Position numbers and translations under genes: made by a program. A stretch of DNA of 64,000 bases, taken from NCBI GenBank assembly GCA_963701085.1, contig OY969561.1, positions 672,001-736,000 of the forward strand. The letters are read 5' to 3'. Shown here piece after piece: positions 9,220-20,369 of this stretch. The stretch comes from an uncultured bacterium (GTDB taxonomy: Bacteria; Babelota; Babeliae; Babelales; Vermiphilaceae). The notes beneath the pieces were generated by a model, which saw only the letters and a list, made by a program, of their open reading frames with translations, made no database searches and was not told where the DNA came from. Each line of letters opens with the position of its first letter. Positions within the stretch are counted from its first letter, which is position 1.

Positions 9220-11079
9220 TTAGAAGTATATTGCTAAGCCAATATGAGCTTCAGTTTCTTTCATAATGTTTCTACCAGAAACCATTTGTGATCCACCACC
9301 AAAGATTTCAAAATAGTGAGCGCGGTAGAATATTTCTCCACGTAATTTATTAGAGAATGAATTTGTATGCTTTTCATAATTACATGCAGAAAGCGGTTGA
9401 TCCGGGCGACCTAACAAATCTGTCGCTGTTTTTTGACAATCCAATGATACATGATCATGACCTTTAGCAAACAACTCATAACCAAGCACAAAACCAAGAT
9501 CAGGATTATGTGGATGGAAGAAGTTCAAATCAGTTTGTAAGGTGAAGTAGTTCCAAGAAACATCAACATCAAGTTCTGGACCAACGTTAACAATTGTTGC
9601 ACCAGTAAATGGAGCTGCACGATGTTCAATGCGTTTACATGCATGGAAGAAGAATGGACGAATTTCAAATGCAAACCATTCGCGTGGTTTCCATCCGCCA
9701 TCTAAACCAAGTTTAATAACAGTATGTCCATTGTTTCCTGTTGGTTTTAATAAAACTTGATTAGAGCTTTCTTGTTTTGAACCTGATGGGAATTGAACAC
9801 CAAATATACCATCCGCAAACCAATCATCATAATGACAAATACCGCCATATATTTCCATCGCCAAGTCACCAATACCTACAACACGTTGAAACCCTAAATC
9901 AATACCATTATTTGCAAAGAATGTTGTTGCTGGTTCTGAAGGAATAAGATCCGTATCTATCAGTGTTTGAATCGTCGTTAAAATTGCAGCTGAATCAGCT
10001 GTAAGATTACCGTCGTTAACTCCACCTGGATTTGAAATAGAACGTGGTGTTATAAAAATAGTACCTTGCGCATCTCTATCATTTTGCAAGTTACCGGCGT
10101 AATCAGTACCAGTTTTGAAAAATGATATTGATCCATCAGCTGCTTGCCCATCAACACCTAATGCACCAGATACCTGACCTGGATAATGTCTAAATGGTAT
10201 TGTTGGTACGGTACCATCATCGCTTTTAGTAGCATATGCAGCTGGCATAGCATCATTCTGAGCAGAACTTGTACCAGTCAAAGATCTACCAGTAAGTTGC
10301 ACTATTGCATTTGCTCCAGTACCAGAATAAACCACTACAGGTCGTGCCGTTGTATTGTTTGATGGCATAGCTGTTTGATTAAAAACTAATGTACTTAAAA
10401 AGTCAAAACGCATTGCATATTCTGTTTGATCAGGATCAGCGCCCTCATCAGTATTTATTATTCTGGTAACATATACATTATCCAATGTTTCTTCAGATGA
10501 GGCATCATTATCCGGTTCAACTTCAACTATCTTAAATGGAACATTTACACGACCACCAAGATGATATCTATCATTTTTACCGAGATAACGTGCAAAATCG
10601 ACACCCATATTTGCACCATACTCTTTATATTCCATTACTGGTGCAATACGTGCAAAAGCTAAGAAAGGATTTGTTGCATTTACTAATATTTGACCAGCCG
10701 CTACTGAAGGATTGCTTTGATCACCTGCAAAAGTTCCACCAGCAAATGCATTTTCACCACGAAATACCGCTTTACCAAAAAATAACTCTCCCAGCGATAC
10801 TGTATTACGAGTTATTTTATCTTCACACTCATCACAGGAAGAAAATGCTTTATTAGCGGTACGTGAATATCCAACGCCCCACATATGAATATTCCAATCT
10901 GTGTTCTTTTTTTTACTTGGCATTTGATCATACCACCATGCTTGATCAGATGGTGCTAAAAACCAATGCTGATAACCACGAGCATCAAAATCAAGTGGTG
11001 ACCTGAATTCAAAACTTGCATGAAGCGCTCCACCATATAATGCGCCCAAAAGCACAATACTTTTTAAGGTTTTCTTCAT
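9220..11079 (-). CDS. Putative outer-membrane beta-barrel protein
   Basis: Signal peptide ...ALHA; amphipathic C-terminal strands ending AHIGLAIYF (beta-signal); GNNGH motif shared with 27913..29385; start placed at MKKTLK. Confidence 0.75.
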   Translation of the reverse strand: MKKTLKSIVLLGALYGGALHASFEFRSPLDFDARGYQHWFLAPSDQAWWYDQMPSKKKNTDWNIHMWGVGYSRTANKAFSSCDECEDKITRNTVSLGELFFGKAVFRGENAFAGGTFAGDQSNPSVAAGQILVNATNPFLAFARIAPVMEYKEYGANMGVDFARYLGKNDRYHLGGRVNVPFKIVEVEPDNDASSEETLDNVYVTRIINTDEGADPDQTEYAMRFDFLSTLVFNQTAMPSNNTTARPVVVYSGTGANAIVQLTGRSLTGTSSAQNDAMPAAYATKSDDGTVPTIPFRHYPGQVSGALGVDGQAADGSISFFKTGTDYAGNLQNDRDAQGTIFITPRSISNPGGVNDGNLTADSAAILTTIQTLIDTDLIPSEPATTFFANNGIDLGFQRVVGIGDLAMEIYGGICHYDDWFADGIFGVQFPSGSKQESSNQVLLKPTGNNGHTVIKLGLDGGWKPREWFAFEIRPFFFHACKRIEHRAAPFTGATIVNVGPELDVDVSWNYFTLQTDLNFFHPHNPDLGFVLGYELFAKGHDHVSLDCQKTATDLLGRPDQPLSACNYEKHTNSFSNKLRGEIFYRAHYFEIFGGGSQMVSGRNIMKETEAHIGLAIYF

Positions 11080-11136
11080 CACATTCCTTCTCTTTATTAC
11101 GTCCATACCGCACTACCTTTTTTTTAATACAAGCGA

Positions 11137-11164
11137 GCAGATGGGTACTTTCATACCCATCTGC
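11137..11164. promoter_or_regulatory. Intercistronic hairpin (possible partial terminator or mRNA stabiliser)
   Basis: gcagatgggta-ctttca-tacccatctgc, a perfect 11-bp stem between co-directional genes. Confidence 0.5.
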
Positions 11165-11171
11165 CATTCAA

Positions 11172-14100
11172 TTATACCTGTATGCCTACTTGCATATTGG
11201 TTATTGTTACTATCTGATTTGATTCAACATCAATATCTGCAAATACCGCTGCCGCATCAATTGCTGCACGATTCTTAGAATCTTGCTGACCAACACCAAT
11301 AATATCAAATGCTTGAGCGCGAACAATAGTATTACCGCTCACCGTATCAACACGTATATTTTCTGATTCTGGTCGGAAGCTATCACCTTGGCTTGCAGCA
11401 TTTGCTCTACCAAACGTGTTATCACGAGTAACAGTAGCATCAGTTGCATCATGTGTAGCAATATAGTCAAAGAATTCTGCACCAGTAAGACCAGTCACAT
11501 CAACGTTATCCGGTTGTAACAATGTTGAAGCCATAACACCAGCACTCAAGAGAAGAGATAAATCACCAGCTTGATCCAATACAATAGGCTGTAAGCCTCC
11601 AACTTCTCCTGGCTTAATAAGCACAATGTTACCACCACCAGCAATATTGAAGTTTGATTCTCTTGTTAATGTAGGATCAACATTTTCATCTGGCAATTCA
11701 AAATCAAGATCGAAGGTAACTCCTGCAGCACCACTCACTGCAAGCAATGATGCATTGGTATCATCACCACGGAATATACGATCATGTTCAAATCTACCAT
11801 TGAACAATTGAAGAGTGATTAAACCAACGTTGCTTAAGTTGTTTACTATATTTTCATTCGGTACAAAGTTGGTTGGGCAATTACGAGCGCGTACCAATTG
11901 AAGCTGACCATCAAAACGCTCAATACCAACACCAAAACCAAGGAAGCCACGGCTACCAATACTGAAATTAGCATTATCACCATCAAGCAATAAAGTGAAG
12001 TTGACTGAGTGACCTTCAAGAGGATCAATGTTACCAATTTGGAATACGCCACCTTCATTATAATTAAAGTGACCAATTGCAAACGTAGCATTATCAGCAA
12101 GGCTTAAAATAAGATCTGTTGTTGGAATGTCACATGCTGCAGTGCTCACTGTTTCAACACCAACAAATGCATTGAATGGTAAAATACCTTGTGCATTATC
12201 CACTAATTCAATAGTACCACTACCAATAAGTCTTACACGGAACTGGTCAGTGTTATGCAGCCCTTGTCCAAAGTTAATCAATGATGAAAGTGGATTATGA
12301 GGATCTGCAGCAGGAACTATTGTTATTGGTAATGTTGAATCTTCTGCACCAAAAGGAATTGCTGAGAAGAAGCTCACTGCATTGTGTGCTGCTTCAAAGA
12401 GGAGTTGTGAATTTTCAGCAAAACGCAAGGTACCCATTCCGGTAACAATTTGAGCTCCTGGTTCAACAACCAAACGAAGTTCTCCCATAAATGCAACAAT
12501 CTGAGATGGATCATCAAATGATGTTAAATTCAATGTACCACTTGATTTGAGAAGAATTTGATGCGGTACTGCACTGTAAAGTTCCAACACATCGCATGAT
12601 GCAAAGTCAGGACCTTTTACAAATGCACAGACGTTATCAATAACCAAGTCGCTATTTACAACAACACGACCAGAACCATTAGCTATAATAGTAACACCAT
12701 TAGTTCCAAGCGTTGTAGTGTCATCAAGACCAATCGTTCCATTATTTGTCAATATGATTGTTGCAACCGGTGCTTCCGCACTACAATTGTTATTCAAGAA
12801 TGTTAATCGACGAACATTACCACCATCAATCAAGAACTGTGCTGGATCACCAATACGTGTTGCTTGAATTTGCAAGTCATCAATGCACCCTTGAATTGTT
12901 GGCAATGATGTTACGTTTGCTTCCGTTACTGCTGGGCACACGCATGCATCCACACAACAACTGAATGGTGTAAAGTTTGGACAGTCTTTTTTAGCAAGCA
13001 TCCAATTGAATATATAGGTTGATAAACATTGATCAGGTCCAACAATGATTTGATCTTGTGGATTACTTAAATCCATATTCCATGTTGCAATACCAGCACC
13101 ATTACAGAAGAACACTTGATCAGCTGGAAGATCCACAATACCATTGTGGCTCTTAATTACCATAACGCACATATTGGCAATAAAGCCTGGTTCAATACTA
13201 ATTTTGCCATTTAAATCAACAAAGATAGCATTCTTGCCAGTTGTGATGCTACGTGCCGGCGCACCTTTTGTTTCAAACGAGAATACGTTACCCGCGATAC
13301 GCAACCATGGATTAGTATCAATATTAAATCCGGTTGAATCAGCATTAACGCCAATAGAGATATTGCTGTTACCGCCCAAGAATATTGTATGAATAGAATT
13401 GTTAACTGGCGTAACAACAATAAGATTATTAATTGATGCATCATTAAATGCTGTTGTAAGATCCAAGGTTTGATTGCCATTTGGATCAAGTGGATTAAGA
13501 GCGGAACTGATGGCATCATCTTGTTCCATAATATTCAAATGTGCATCAGCATCAACACGTGAGCATCCATTAGCCGCTGTTGAACCGATACGTGTACCAA
13601 GAATCATTTGACGACCGGTACCGTTATCAACACATACACCATTTGCATAGAAAATAAAATCAGAAAGGTTTGCACGTAAAATACCTAAATCATCAACAAA
13701 ATTTGGTACCACGAGATCCAAACCAGTTAATGCGATATCAGTATTTACATTAAGAACAGAATTAATAAAACGTATATTTGGTCGAACATCTGATCCTAAT
13801 AGATTAAATGTTTCGCCACCAATATACGCTGGTTCTGATCTCAAATCATTGTTTGGGAAAATATTGTGACATTCGTCAGTGTGACTTAATGCTGTGGTAG
13901 ACAGATTCATTCTGTTATTAATAAGGAATGCACCACAATTGTACATCAACAGTTCACAATCTTCTGTGTTGAATGTGCGTGAAGGGAAGTTAGTTTCACT
14001 AGATCCTACAAAAAGAGATCCTCCGGTTGGAAGCACTTCCAAAGAGAGAAGTTCAATTTTGCTCGTCACTTGACCATCTACCACTACACCATCCACATCT

Positions 14101-15524
14101 AGTTGACCTTCAAGATCAAATACAATATTACCCACACCAGTTGTCCTGCTTGATGCATCTATAGTGAATGGATCAACGTCACACTCGTCACGGATGATGC
14201 CATTATCAGCAACACCTGATCGCACGAAGAACGCTGCTCGTTCACCAAACTGTAGTTGTGCACTTATTGCAGCTGGATTAAGATTACCATCAATAATAAA
14301 TGCTGATGGATTACGCATTTTAACCAATTTACCTGCTTGGATTTTTTCAAATCCTGGAACTACAACATCAGGAATTTGATTAAGCGCAAGGCCAACAAAA
14401 TCAACATATGAATCGGACTGTATGTTCAAGATACCATTGGCACCAAGAATAACACCATAACGGCGTCCAGAGAATATTCCACGATAATTCATAATATCTT
14501 GACGAGCAAACAGCTGTAAGAATGGATCTATCAACAGTTCAGACAAGGTTTCATTCTTATCTAAAACAAGTAGTCCTGCTGAAGTATCAGAACTAACACT
14601 ATTTGTTGTTGTCCATATTGCCTGGTATCCTGCAGCAATTTCTGGCCTAATATTAGCAGATGTAATCAAGCCGCCATTTTTTTGGCATGTATAATGACCG
14701 GCTGCTATAAAGGCTCCCCGATTTTCTACTTCTAAAATCATACGACCCAAACCAGTCATGACCGGATCAAAACTGATAAAACCAGAATCTTGAGCTATAT
14801 CAACTTTACGAGAAGATAAAAAGCTCAATAATGATTTTTCACCAACAATAATACGTCTATTTTGACAGGAAGAACGGTGACGATCCCCTAAATTAACAAA
14901 ACGTAAGGTTGGTCTGAATGCACTTGTTTCATTACAACCAGAGCCTGAAGTTTCATATTCTTGGCCATATTCATCACAAAGGAATCCACCATATTCATCA
15001 ATACAACAAGGCTTACAATATTCATCACATGTATATTCATCACCACATGGTGCATCAACTCCACCATACATCAATACATAATAATGTGTTCCACCAGAGC
15101 CTTCTTGTGAGGTAAGTTCAAATTTCTTACCTTCTGCAATATCAACCTCAACAGTACCTGGTCCACTTTGAACAACTAAAAGATTATCGCCAGTAATTTG
15201 TGATGAACCAATAAAGATAATATTATGATCAACAACAAAACGAATTGTTCTACCTGGTGCTGCTATTAAATAAAGTTGCGACTCACCGGCCCAGTGCCCA
15301 CTGATTGTCGCATTTTCTGTTAACGTAACCGTTACGTCCTTATGAATTGCCTCAATTCTTGTTGCCCCCAACCGCAGCAACACATCGCCTTTAATGACAA
15401 GATTTTCATCAACAATATCAGCGGCTCCATGCGTTCCTCTCCATATCTGATCTGCCATTACCGCAGAAGACATTAAAGATATCGCAAAAAGAGCTAATCG
15501 ATAACGAGAAAAGCACCTTTTCAT
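11172..15524 (-). CDS. Large (~1450 aa) exported beta-strand-rich surface protein, passenger/adhesin-like
   Basis: Signal peptide MKRCFSRYRLALFAISLMSSAVMA; Gly/Asn/Ile/Asp-rich, acidic, with Cys clusters (CGDEYTCDEYCKPCC, FSCCVDACVC). Confidence 0.8.
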   Translation of the reverse strand: MKRCFSRYRLALFAISLMSSAVMADQIWRGTHGAADIVDENLVIKGDVLLRLGATRIEAIHKDVTVTLTENATISGHWAGESQLYLIAAPGRTIRFVVDHNIIFIGSSQITGDNLLVVQSGPGTVEVDIAEGKKFELTSQEGSGGTHYYVLMYGGVDAPCGDEYTCDEYCKPCCIDEYGGFLCDEYGQEYETSGSGCNETSAFRPTLRFVNLGDRHRSSCQNRRIIVGEKSLLSFLSSRKVDIAQDSGFISFDPVMTGLGRMILEVENRGAFIAAGHYTCQKNGGLITSANIRPEIAAGYQAIWTTTNSVSSDTSAGLLVLDKNETLSELLIDPFLQLFARQDIMNYRGIFSGRRYGVILGANGILNIQSDSYVDFVGLALNQIPDVVVPGFEKIQAGKLVKMRNPSAFIIDGNLNPAAISAQLQFGERAAFFVRSGVADNGIIRDECDVDPFTIDASSRTTGVGNIVFDLEGQLDVDGVVVDGQVTSKIELLSLEVLPTGGSLFVGSSETNFPSRTFNTEDCELLMYNCGAFLINNRMNLSTTALSHTDECHNIFPNNDLRSEPAYIGGETFNLLGSDVRPNIRFINSVLNVNTDIALTGLDLVVPNFVDDLGILRANLSDFIFYANGVCVDNGTGRQMILGTRIGSTAANGCSRVDADAHLNIMEQDDAISSALNPLDPNGNQTLDLTTAFNDASINNLIVVTPVNNSIHTIFLGGNSNISIGVNADSTGFNIDTNPWLRIAGNVFSFETKGAPARSITTGKNAIFVDLNGKISIEPGFIANMCVMVIKSHNGIVDLPADQVFFCNGAGIATWNMDLSNPQDQIIVGPDQCLSTYIFNWMLAKKDCPNFTPFSCCVDACVCPAVTEANVTSLPTIQGCIDDLQIQATRIGDPAQFLIDGGNVRRLTFLNNNCSAEAPVATIILTNNGTIGLDDTTTLGTNGVTIIANGSGRVVVNSDLVIDNVCAFVKGPDFASCDVLELYSAVPHQILLKSSGTLNLTSFDDPSQIVAFMGELRLVVEPGAQIVTGMGTLRFAENSQLLFEAAHNAVSFFSAIPFGAEDSTLPITIVPAADPHNPLSSLINFGQGLHNTDQFRVRLIGSGTIELVDNAQGILPFNAFVGVETVSTAACDIPTTDLILSLADNATFAIGHFNYNEGGVFQIGNIDPLEGHSVNFTLLLDGDNANFSIGSRGFLGFGVGIERFDGQLQLVRARNCPTNFVPNENIVNNLSNVGLITLQLFNGRFEHDRIFRGDDTNASLLAVSGAAGVTFDLDFELPDENVDPTLTRESNFNIAGGGNIVLIKPGEVGGLQPIVLDQAGDLSLLLSAGVMASTLLQPDNVDVTGLTGAEFFDYIATHDATDATVTRDNTFGRANAASQGDSFRPESENIRVDTVSGNTIVRAQAFDIIGVGQQDSKNRAAIDAAAVFADIDVESNQIVTITNMQVGIQV

Positions 15525-15682
15525 ACTCTCACCCTTTTTTTTTAAGAAAACTACTACTTCACCATTACTCAAAAGACAGTACTATTATCACATTATACAA
15601 TCTCTCCTTATCACGCATAACCCGATTATTTTATAATGTCAACTTTTCAGACAATAAAACTAATCAGATAAAAATAGCAATA

Positions 15683-16756
15683 TTATGACTTAAGATTAAT
15701 TAAAATCTCATTAAGATTTTTTTTAGAAATGACATTTTTAAAGAATTTAACATTTTTAAAAAGGGATTCCGTGGGCTCAGTTATAGCAACAAAACGATCA
15801 GCATATTCAACATCTACTTTTATAGCGGGGAAGAAATCAAATTTATCGACATATTTTTTAACAATATCAGGACGGAAAATATAATTAAGAAATGGATATA
15901 CAAGATCATCTTTCTTAGTAGCAGCTGGTATCGCAAAAGAATCAAGAACCACAAAAGCTCCCTCTTTTGGTACAATAAAATTAATAGATTCAAACCATCT
16001 CATCACTTTTAATAAATCACCAGAAAGAGTTACCACAACAGGAACAACTCCTGATGCTAAAACATATTCTGAACGTGCGTCAGTATAAACTTCAACTCGT
16101 AGTTTTTGCTTAATCAACAACCTTTCTATTACATTAACTTCATCATCGTTCAATGGCCTAACCGTGCCAAAAAGATATAATGCTGCAATTGAGATAAGTG
16201 CGCGCGGATCTTCAACAACACCAATACGGTTTGGCATAATTTTTTCATCAAAAATCAACCCCCATGTTGGGTCCGGGGTTTTTCCACCCCAATAAGCAGT
16301 ATTAACACCAAGGCCCAGCAATGACCAGAAATACGGAACCGTATATTCATTTTCTGGATCAAAATAATGATCACACAACGTAGGATAGAGACTATCCCAT
16401 ACAGCTATTTTATTTTTATCAAGCTTTTTAACCAAACCATCTCGAATCAATAACTCAACTGCCCAATCAGATGGCATAATAAGATCATAATCATGAAGAT
16501 CAGTTGAATGTAATTTAACAAACAGCTCTTCATTATTTTCAAAATAGCTCATATTAACGCGTATGCCAGTCTCACGTTCAAAATCGGATAAAAATTCTTT
16601 ATCAAGTACTTGGCCCCAGACAAGCACGTTAATACTTTTTTCACGGTTAAAAGGCTCAGTTAAACGACCAACTGAAACAAACGCTATAATCAATGCAGCT
16701 ATACCAACAACAATAAAAACTTTTACCAGCAAACTTGCTTCATGCTTGTGCTTCAT
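15683..16756 (-). CDS. potD: Spermidine/putrescine ABC transporter substrate-binding protein
   Basis: FERETGIRV, NEEL, YDLIMPSD, PYFW and PKEG motifs; operon context. Confidence 0.9.
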   Translation of the reverse strand: MKHKHEASLLVKVFIVVGIAALIIAFVSVGRLTEPFNREKSINVLVWGQVLDKEFLSDFERETGIRVNMSYFENNEELFVKLHSTDLHDYDLIMPSDWAVELLIRDGLVKKLDKNKIAVWDSLYPTLCDHYFDPENEYTVPYFWSLLGLGVNTAYWGGKTPDPTWGLIFDEKIMPNRIGVVEDPRALISIAALYLFGTVRPLNDDEVNVIERLLIKQKLRVEVYTDARSEYVLASGVVPVVVTLSGDLLKVMRWFESINFIVPKEGAFVVLDSFAIPAATKKDDLVYPFLNYIFRPDIVKKYVDKFDFFPAIKVDVEYADRFVAITEPTESLFKNVKFFKNVISKKNLNEILINLKS

Positions 16757-17532
16757 GGTGATGTCCTTGTTTTTTTAACATGTAAAAGGGAAAAAAGAAG
16801 CACAAAAAAACTACTAAAAATTAACATAATCGTTGATAACGCATTAATCATTGGTGATGCACCCGTGCGAATCACAGAGAAAATGTAAAGCGGCAACGTT
16901 TGAACAGATGCTCCTGCACAGAAAAAAGAAATAATAAAATCATCTAAAGAAATAATAAATACCAAAAGGCCAGAAGAAATTAATGCCGGCATTAATAATG
17001 GCAACACTATAGAAAAGAATGTTTGCCTTTGTGTTGCGCCAAGATCATATGATGCTTCAATCAAACTTTCATCTAATTCAACAAATCGACTATGGAGAAT
17101 AGGTATCACATACCCAAGACCAAGAAGTGTATGCCCAACTATGAGTGTCATGGCACCAAGTGGCACTGCAAAAAAAGAAAATAGTGAAAGCAAGCCAACA
17201 GCCAGCACTATTTCTGGCATTGCTAAACTTCCATAAAATAAAATGAGTAAGCGCTTAACCGATTCACGTGAACCAAAAAAAATTAAACTTGAACCAATCG
17301 CCAAACTTAAAAGAACTGATGAGCCAGCAATGAGCAATGAATTTTTTAATGCATGCCAAACTTCAGTAGAAGCAAAAAGATCATAATACCAATGAGTTGT
17401 AAAAGAGCTCCATGCGCACGTAAAGGGATTATCATTAAAAGAAAAAATCACCAAAACAAAAATAGGTATATATAAAAAAAGATATAATCCTGCAACCGTA
17501 ATCGGTAAAATATATGATCCAAAAGTTTTCAT
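16753..17532 (-). CDS. potC: Spermidine/putrescine ABC transporter permease
   Basis: FLYIPI...FSFN, EASYDLGA (EAA loop), SLDDFII; start placed at MKTFG. Confidence 0.92.
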   Translation of the reverse strand: MKTFGSYILPITVAGLYLFLYIPIFVLVIFSFNDNPFTCAWSSFTTHWYYDLFASTEVWHALKNSLLIAGSSVLLSLAIGSSLIFFGSRESVKRLLILFYGSLAMPEIVLAVGLLSLFSFFAVPLGAMTLIVGHTLLGLGYVIPILHSRFVELDESLIEASYDLGATQRQTFFSIVLPLLMPALISSGLLVFIISLDDFIISFFCAGASVQTLPLYIFSVIRTGASPMINALSTIMLIFSSFFVLLFSLLHVKKTRTSP

Positions 17533-18416
17533 TTGATAGACTCCTTTTGTACTTTCTGCACAGGAACTGTACACAACCAATTGAAAAGTAAAACACATAC
17601 TAATAACACAAAACCACTTACAATGGTAAATGCCGCTCCCAATTGACCATCCCGTGCTACCAAGAAATAATGAGATATTAATGAACCAACAAACATATGA
17701 TGGCCACCACCAATAATTGCAGGAATGACAAATTCACCAAAAGCAGGAACAAATACCAAAAACACTCCTGTTTTAACTCCTGACATTGAAAGTGGTACCG
17801 TAATACGCTTAAATGTTTGCCAATGCGTTGCACCTAAATCCATGGATGCTTCAATAAGATCGTGCTGAATTTTTTCTAGAATACTATACAAAGGCATAAT
17901 CATAAACGGAAGATAGTAATACAGCATCACAAAAAAAATTGCCCACGTATTATTAATCATATGCAATGGCTCGTGAATACAACCAATCTTGAGCAAGAAC
18001 ATATTGATTAATCCGTTATAATCAAGCACAAATATCCATGAATAAATTTGGATTAAGAAGTTAGTCCAAAATGGTAAGGTAAGTAAAAAAAGCAATCCGT
18101 TTTTCCAGCGCCTGTTAACTTTAAGAGCCAAATAATATGCTACAGGATATGCACACATAAGACATAACAACGTTACGCCCAATGCAATACAAGCAGATCG
18201 CCCGATAATATAAAAATAAGGACTATGCAAAACAGCATAATAATTATCAAAAGTTATATCAAAACTGACGGTATCAGTCGCTCGCTTAAAGCTTGTGTAT
18301 AAAACGAGAAAAAGTGGCACGTACAAAAATAATACTTGCCACAAGACTGCCGGCACTGAGAATATAAAAGATGCATTCTCAGCAATAAAATTGTTAATCT
18401 TTGTTTTAATTTTCAT
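17529..18416 (-). CDS. potB: Spermidine/putrescine ABC transporter permease
   Basis: LPFWTNFLI, YLPFMIMPLY, EASMDLGA. Confidence 0.92.
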   Translation of the reverse strand: MKIKTKINNFIAENASFIFSVPAVLWQVLFLYVPLFLVLYTSFKRATDTVSFDITFDNYYAVLHSPYFYIIGRSACIALGVTLLCLMCAYPVAYYLALKVNRRWKNGLLFLLTLPFWTNFLIQIYSWIFVLDYNGLINMFLLKIGCIHEPLHMINNTWAIFFVMLYYYLPFMIMPLYSILEKIQHDLIEASMDLGATHWQTFKRITVPLSMSGVKTGVFLVFVPAFGEFVIPAIIGGGHHMFVGSLISHYFLVARDGQLGAAFTIVSGFVLLVCVLLFNWLCTVPVQKVQKESIK

Positions 18417-19504
18417 TTTTCAAGCAACACCACATTTTCTTTTTGCCAATACAAAAACACAGAATCATCATAATCAATAATTTCTTGCGGAAAATGCTCT
18501 TCATTCTGTTCAAATACTTGAGCTATTTCACCATTTTTTAATTGAACATTATATTGTGTTGAGCGTCCATGATAAACAATTGATTGTACCGTACCTTCTA
18601 ACATATTAGAAAAACCTGTCAAAGGAGTTTTGCTAATATCAATCTTTTCTGGGCGGATGCTCATAAAAACGGTATTGCCATCCCGCATCCACTCTTTTTC
18701 TTTTGGACCAACAACCTCAAACATACCGAGCCCAGGAAATTCAATATGACATTGCTCGTTTTTTATATGCAACATTCCTTTTAATAAGTTAGTTGTTCCT
18801 ACAAAGGCTGCAACAAACGCACTTACCGGAAATTCATAAATTTCTTTAGGAGTACCAACTTGCTCAATTTCACCATCATAATTCATAATGGCCATGTGAT
18901 CAGCAACCGTTAATGCTTCAAACTGATCATGAGTCACGTACACAAAAGTAGTCTTAAGCGTAGCTTGCAAATCAATAAGCTCAATCAACATTTTTTCACG
19001 TAACTTTAAATCTAATGCTGCCAATGGCTCATCTAATAATAAAACATCTGGTTCATTAATAATTGCACGAGCAAGAGCAACACGTTGCTTTTGTCCACCA
19101 GAAAGATTTTGGATAGATTTATGGATATGCTTATCAAGATCAACAGTCTTTAATATCTTAGTAACTTTTTCTTCAATAATATTTTTTGGCACATTCCTAA
19201 TTGATAAGCTATAAGCAACATTATCAAAAACATCCATATGGGGAAATAGTGCATAATTTTGAAATACCGTATTTACGGTGCGCTTATAAACAGGCACATG
19301 CGTGATATCCTGACCACCCAAAAAAATTGATCCGCTATCAGCTTCTTCCAAACCAGCAATCAAGCGCAACAGAGTTGTTTTACCACTGCCACTTGGGCCA
19401 AGGAGCGCAAAAAAAGTACCCCCCGGTATCTTCAATGAAAGCTTATCTAAAACAAGCTCACCGTTATAAAACTTTGTAATGTTATCAAAACGAATACTTC
19501 TCAT
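18413..19504 (-). CDS. potA: Spermidine/putrescine ABC transporter ATP-binding protein
   Basis: GPSGSGKT, VFQNYALFPHM, LSGGQKQR, LLLDEP, C-terminal TOBE domain. Confidence 0.95.
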   Translation of the reverse strand: MRSIRFDNITKFYNGELVLDKLSLKIPGGTFFALLGPSGSGKTTLLRLIAGLEEADSGSIFLGGQDITHVPVYKRTVNTVFQNYALFPHMDVFDNVAYSLSIRNVPKNIIEEKVTKILKTVDLDKHIHKSIQNLSGGQKQRVALARAIINEPDVLLLDEPLAALDLKLREKMLIELIDLQATLKTTFVYVTHDQFEALTVADHMAIMNYDGEIEQVGTPKEIYEFPVSAFVAAFVGTTNLLKGMLHIKNEQCHIEFPGLGMFEVVGPKEKEWMRDGNTVFMSIRPEKIDISKTPLTGFSNMLEGTVQSIVYHGRSTQYNVQLKNGEIAQVFEQNEEHFPQEIIDYDDSVFLYWQKENVVLLEK

Positions 19505-19538
19505 ATGCTTACTACCTATTATTTTATACGCTTCTCAT

Positions 19539-20270
19539 CTAGCCGCAGCATGAGTCCGGCTTCTTGCCTAACCGTGCCATAGTCATGGGCACCACAACAT
19601 CTGCCAATGTGCATGGTACAACAACGGCAATAATAAGCAGAACAAAAACATTACCAATAGATGCATACCAGGTAGTAAAGCCATGAGATATCAAATAAAA
19701 GGTAGAAGCTAACGAGCTAATAAATATATGCGTAGCATGAGAGCTCAGCGAATATCCACCTTGCTTACTTTCATGATGACGACTCATCACAAAACCGTTA
19801 ATTATTCCAACAATTAAAAATGGAATAACACGTTGTGGCTCAGTCAAAAAGCATGCATGAAAATGCATATGCACCCCAAGTAATGTACCCCCGATATACG
19901 GTAATACCGCATCAGATAAGATACAAAAAAAAGTTGGTGAAATAATACCAACAATTAATGCGCGTAAATAATTTTTTGAAAAACGGCAAAATGTAATTAC
20001 CGTCCCTGTTGCGGCAAAAACTATATGCATGAAATGGAAGCTGTGGAACAATGCCTTGCTACCTTTTTTGATGATAGCAGGATCCAGCGTCATAGAAAAA
20101 ACGGAATAAATGCTCAAAATAATTAAACTGAATGCTACAGAGTAAATTGCATATGGCAAATGACAAATCATTTCATCAATAACGGAATGTTCAATTTTTT
20201 CAAGACCATGTGCATGACCATGCCCATGGCTATGTGAACGATCGTGCTTGTGTGAGTGGTTATCGTGCAT
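19539..20270 (-). CDS. Membrane protein with His-rich N-terminus
   Basis: HDNHSHKHDRSHSHGHGHAH tail, about 6 hydrophobic helices containing His residues, C-terminal CCG. Confidence 0.8.
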   Translation of the reverse strand: MHDNHSHKHDRSHSHGHGHAHGLEKIEHSVIDEMICHLPYAIYSVAFSLIILSIYSVFSMTLDPAIIKKGSKALFHSFHFMHIVFAATGTVITFCRFSKNYLRALIVGIISPTFFCILSDAVLPYIGGTLLGVHMHFHACFLTEPQRVIPFLIVGIINGFVMSRHHESKQGGYSLSSHATHIFISSLASTFYLISHGFTTWYASIGNVFVLLIIAVVVPCTLADVVVPMTMARLGKKPDSCCG

Positions 20271-20369
20271 GATAAACCCCTATTTTAAAAGAATAATTCT
20301 ATCTAAAAGTTCTAATATAGAATATAGCAGAAATTATGGGTAAGTGAAGCAAGGGGCAAATTCTCAATT

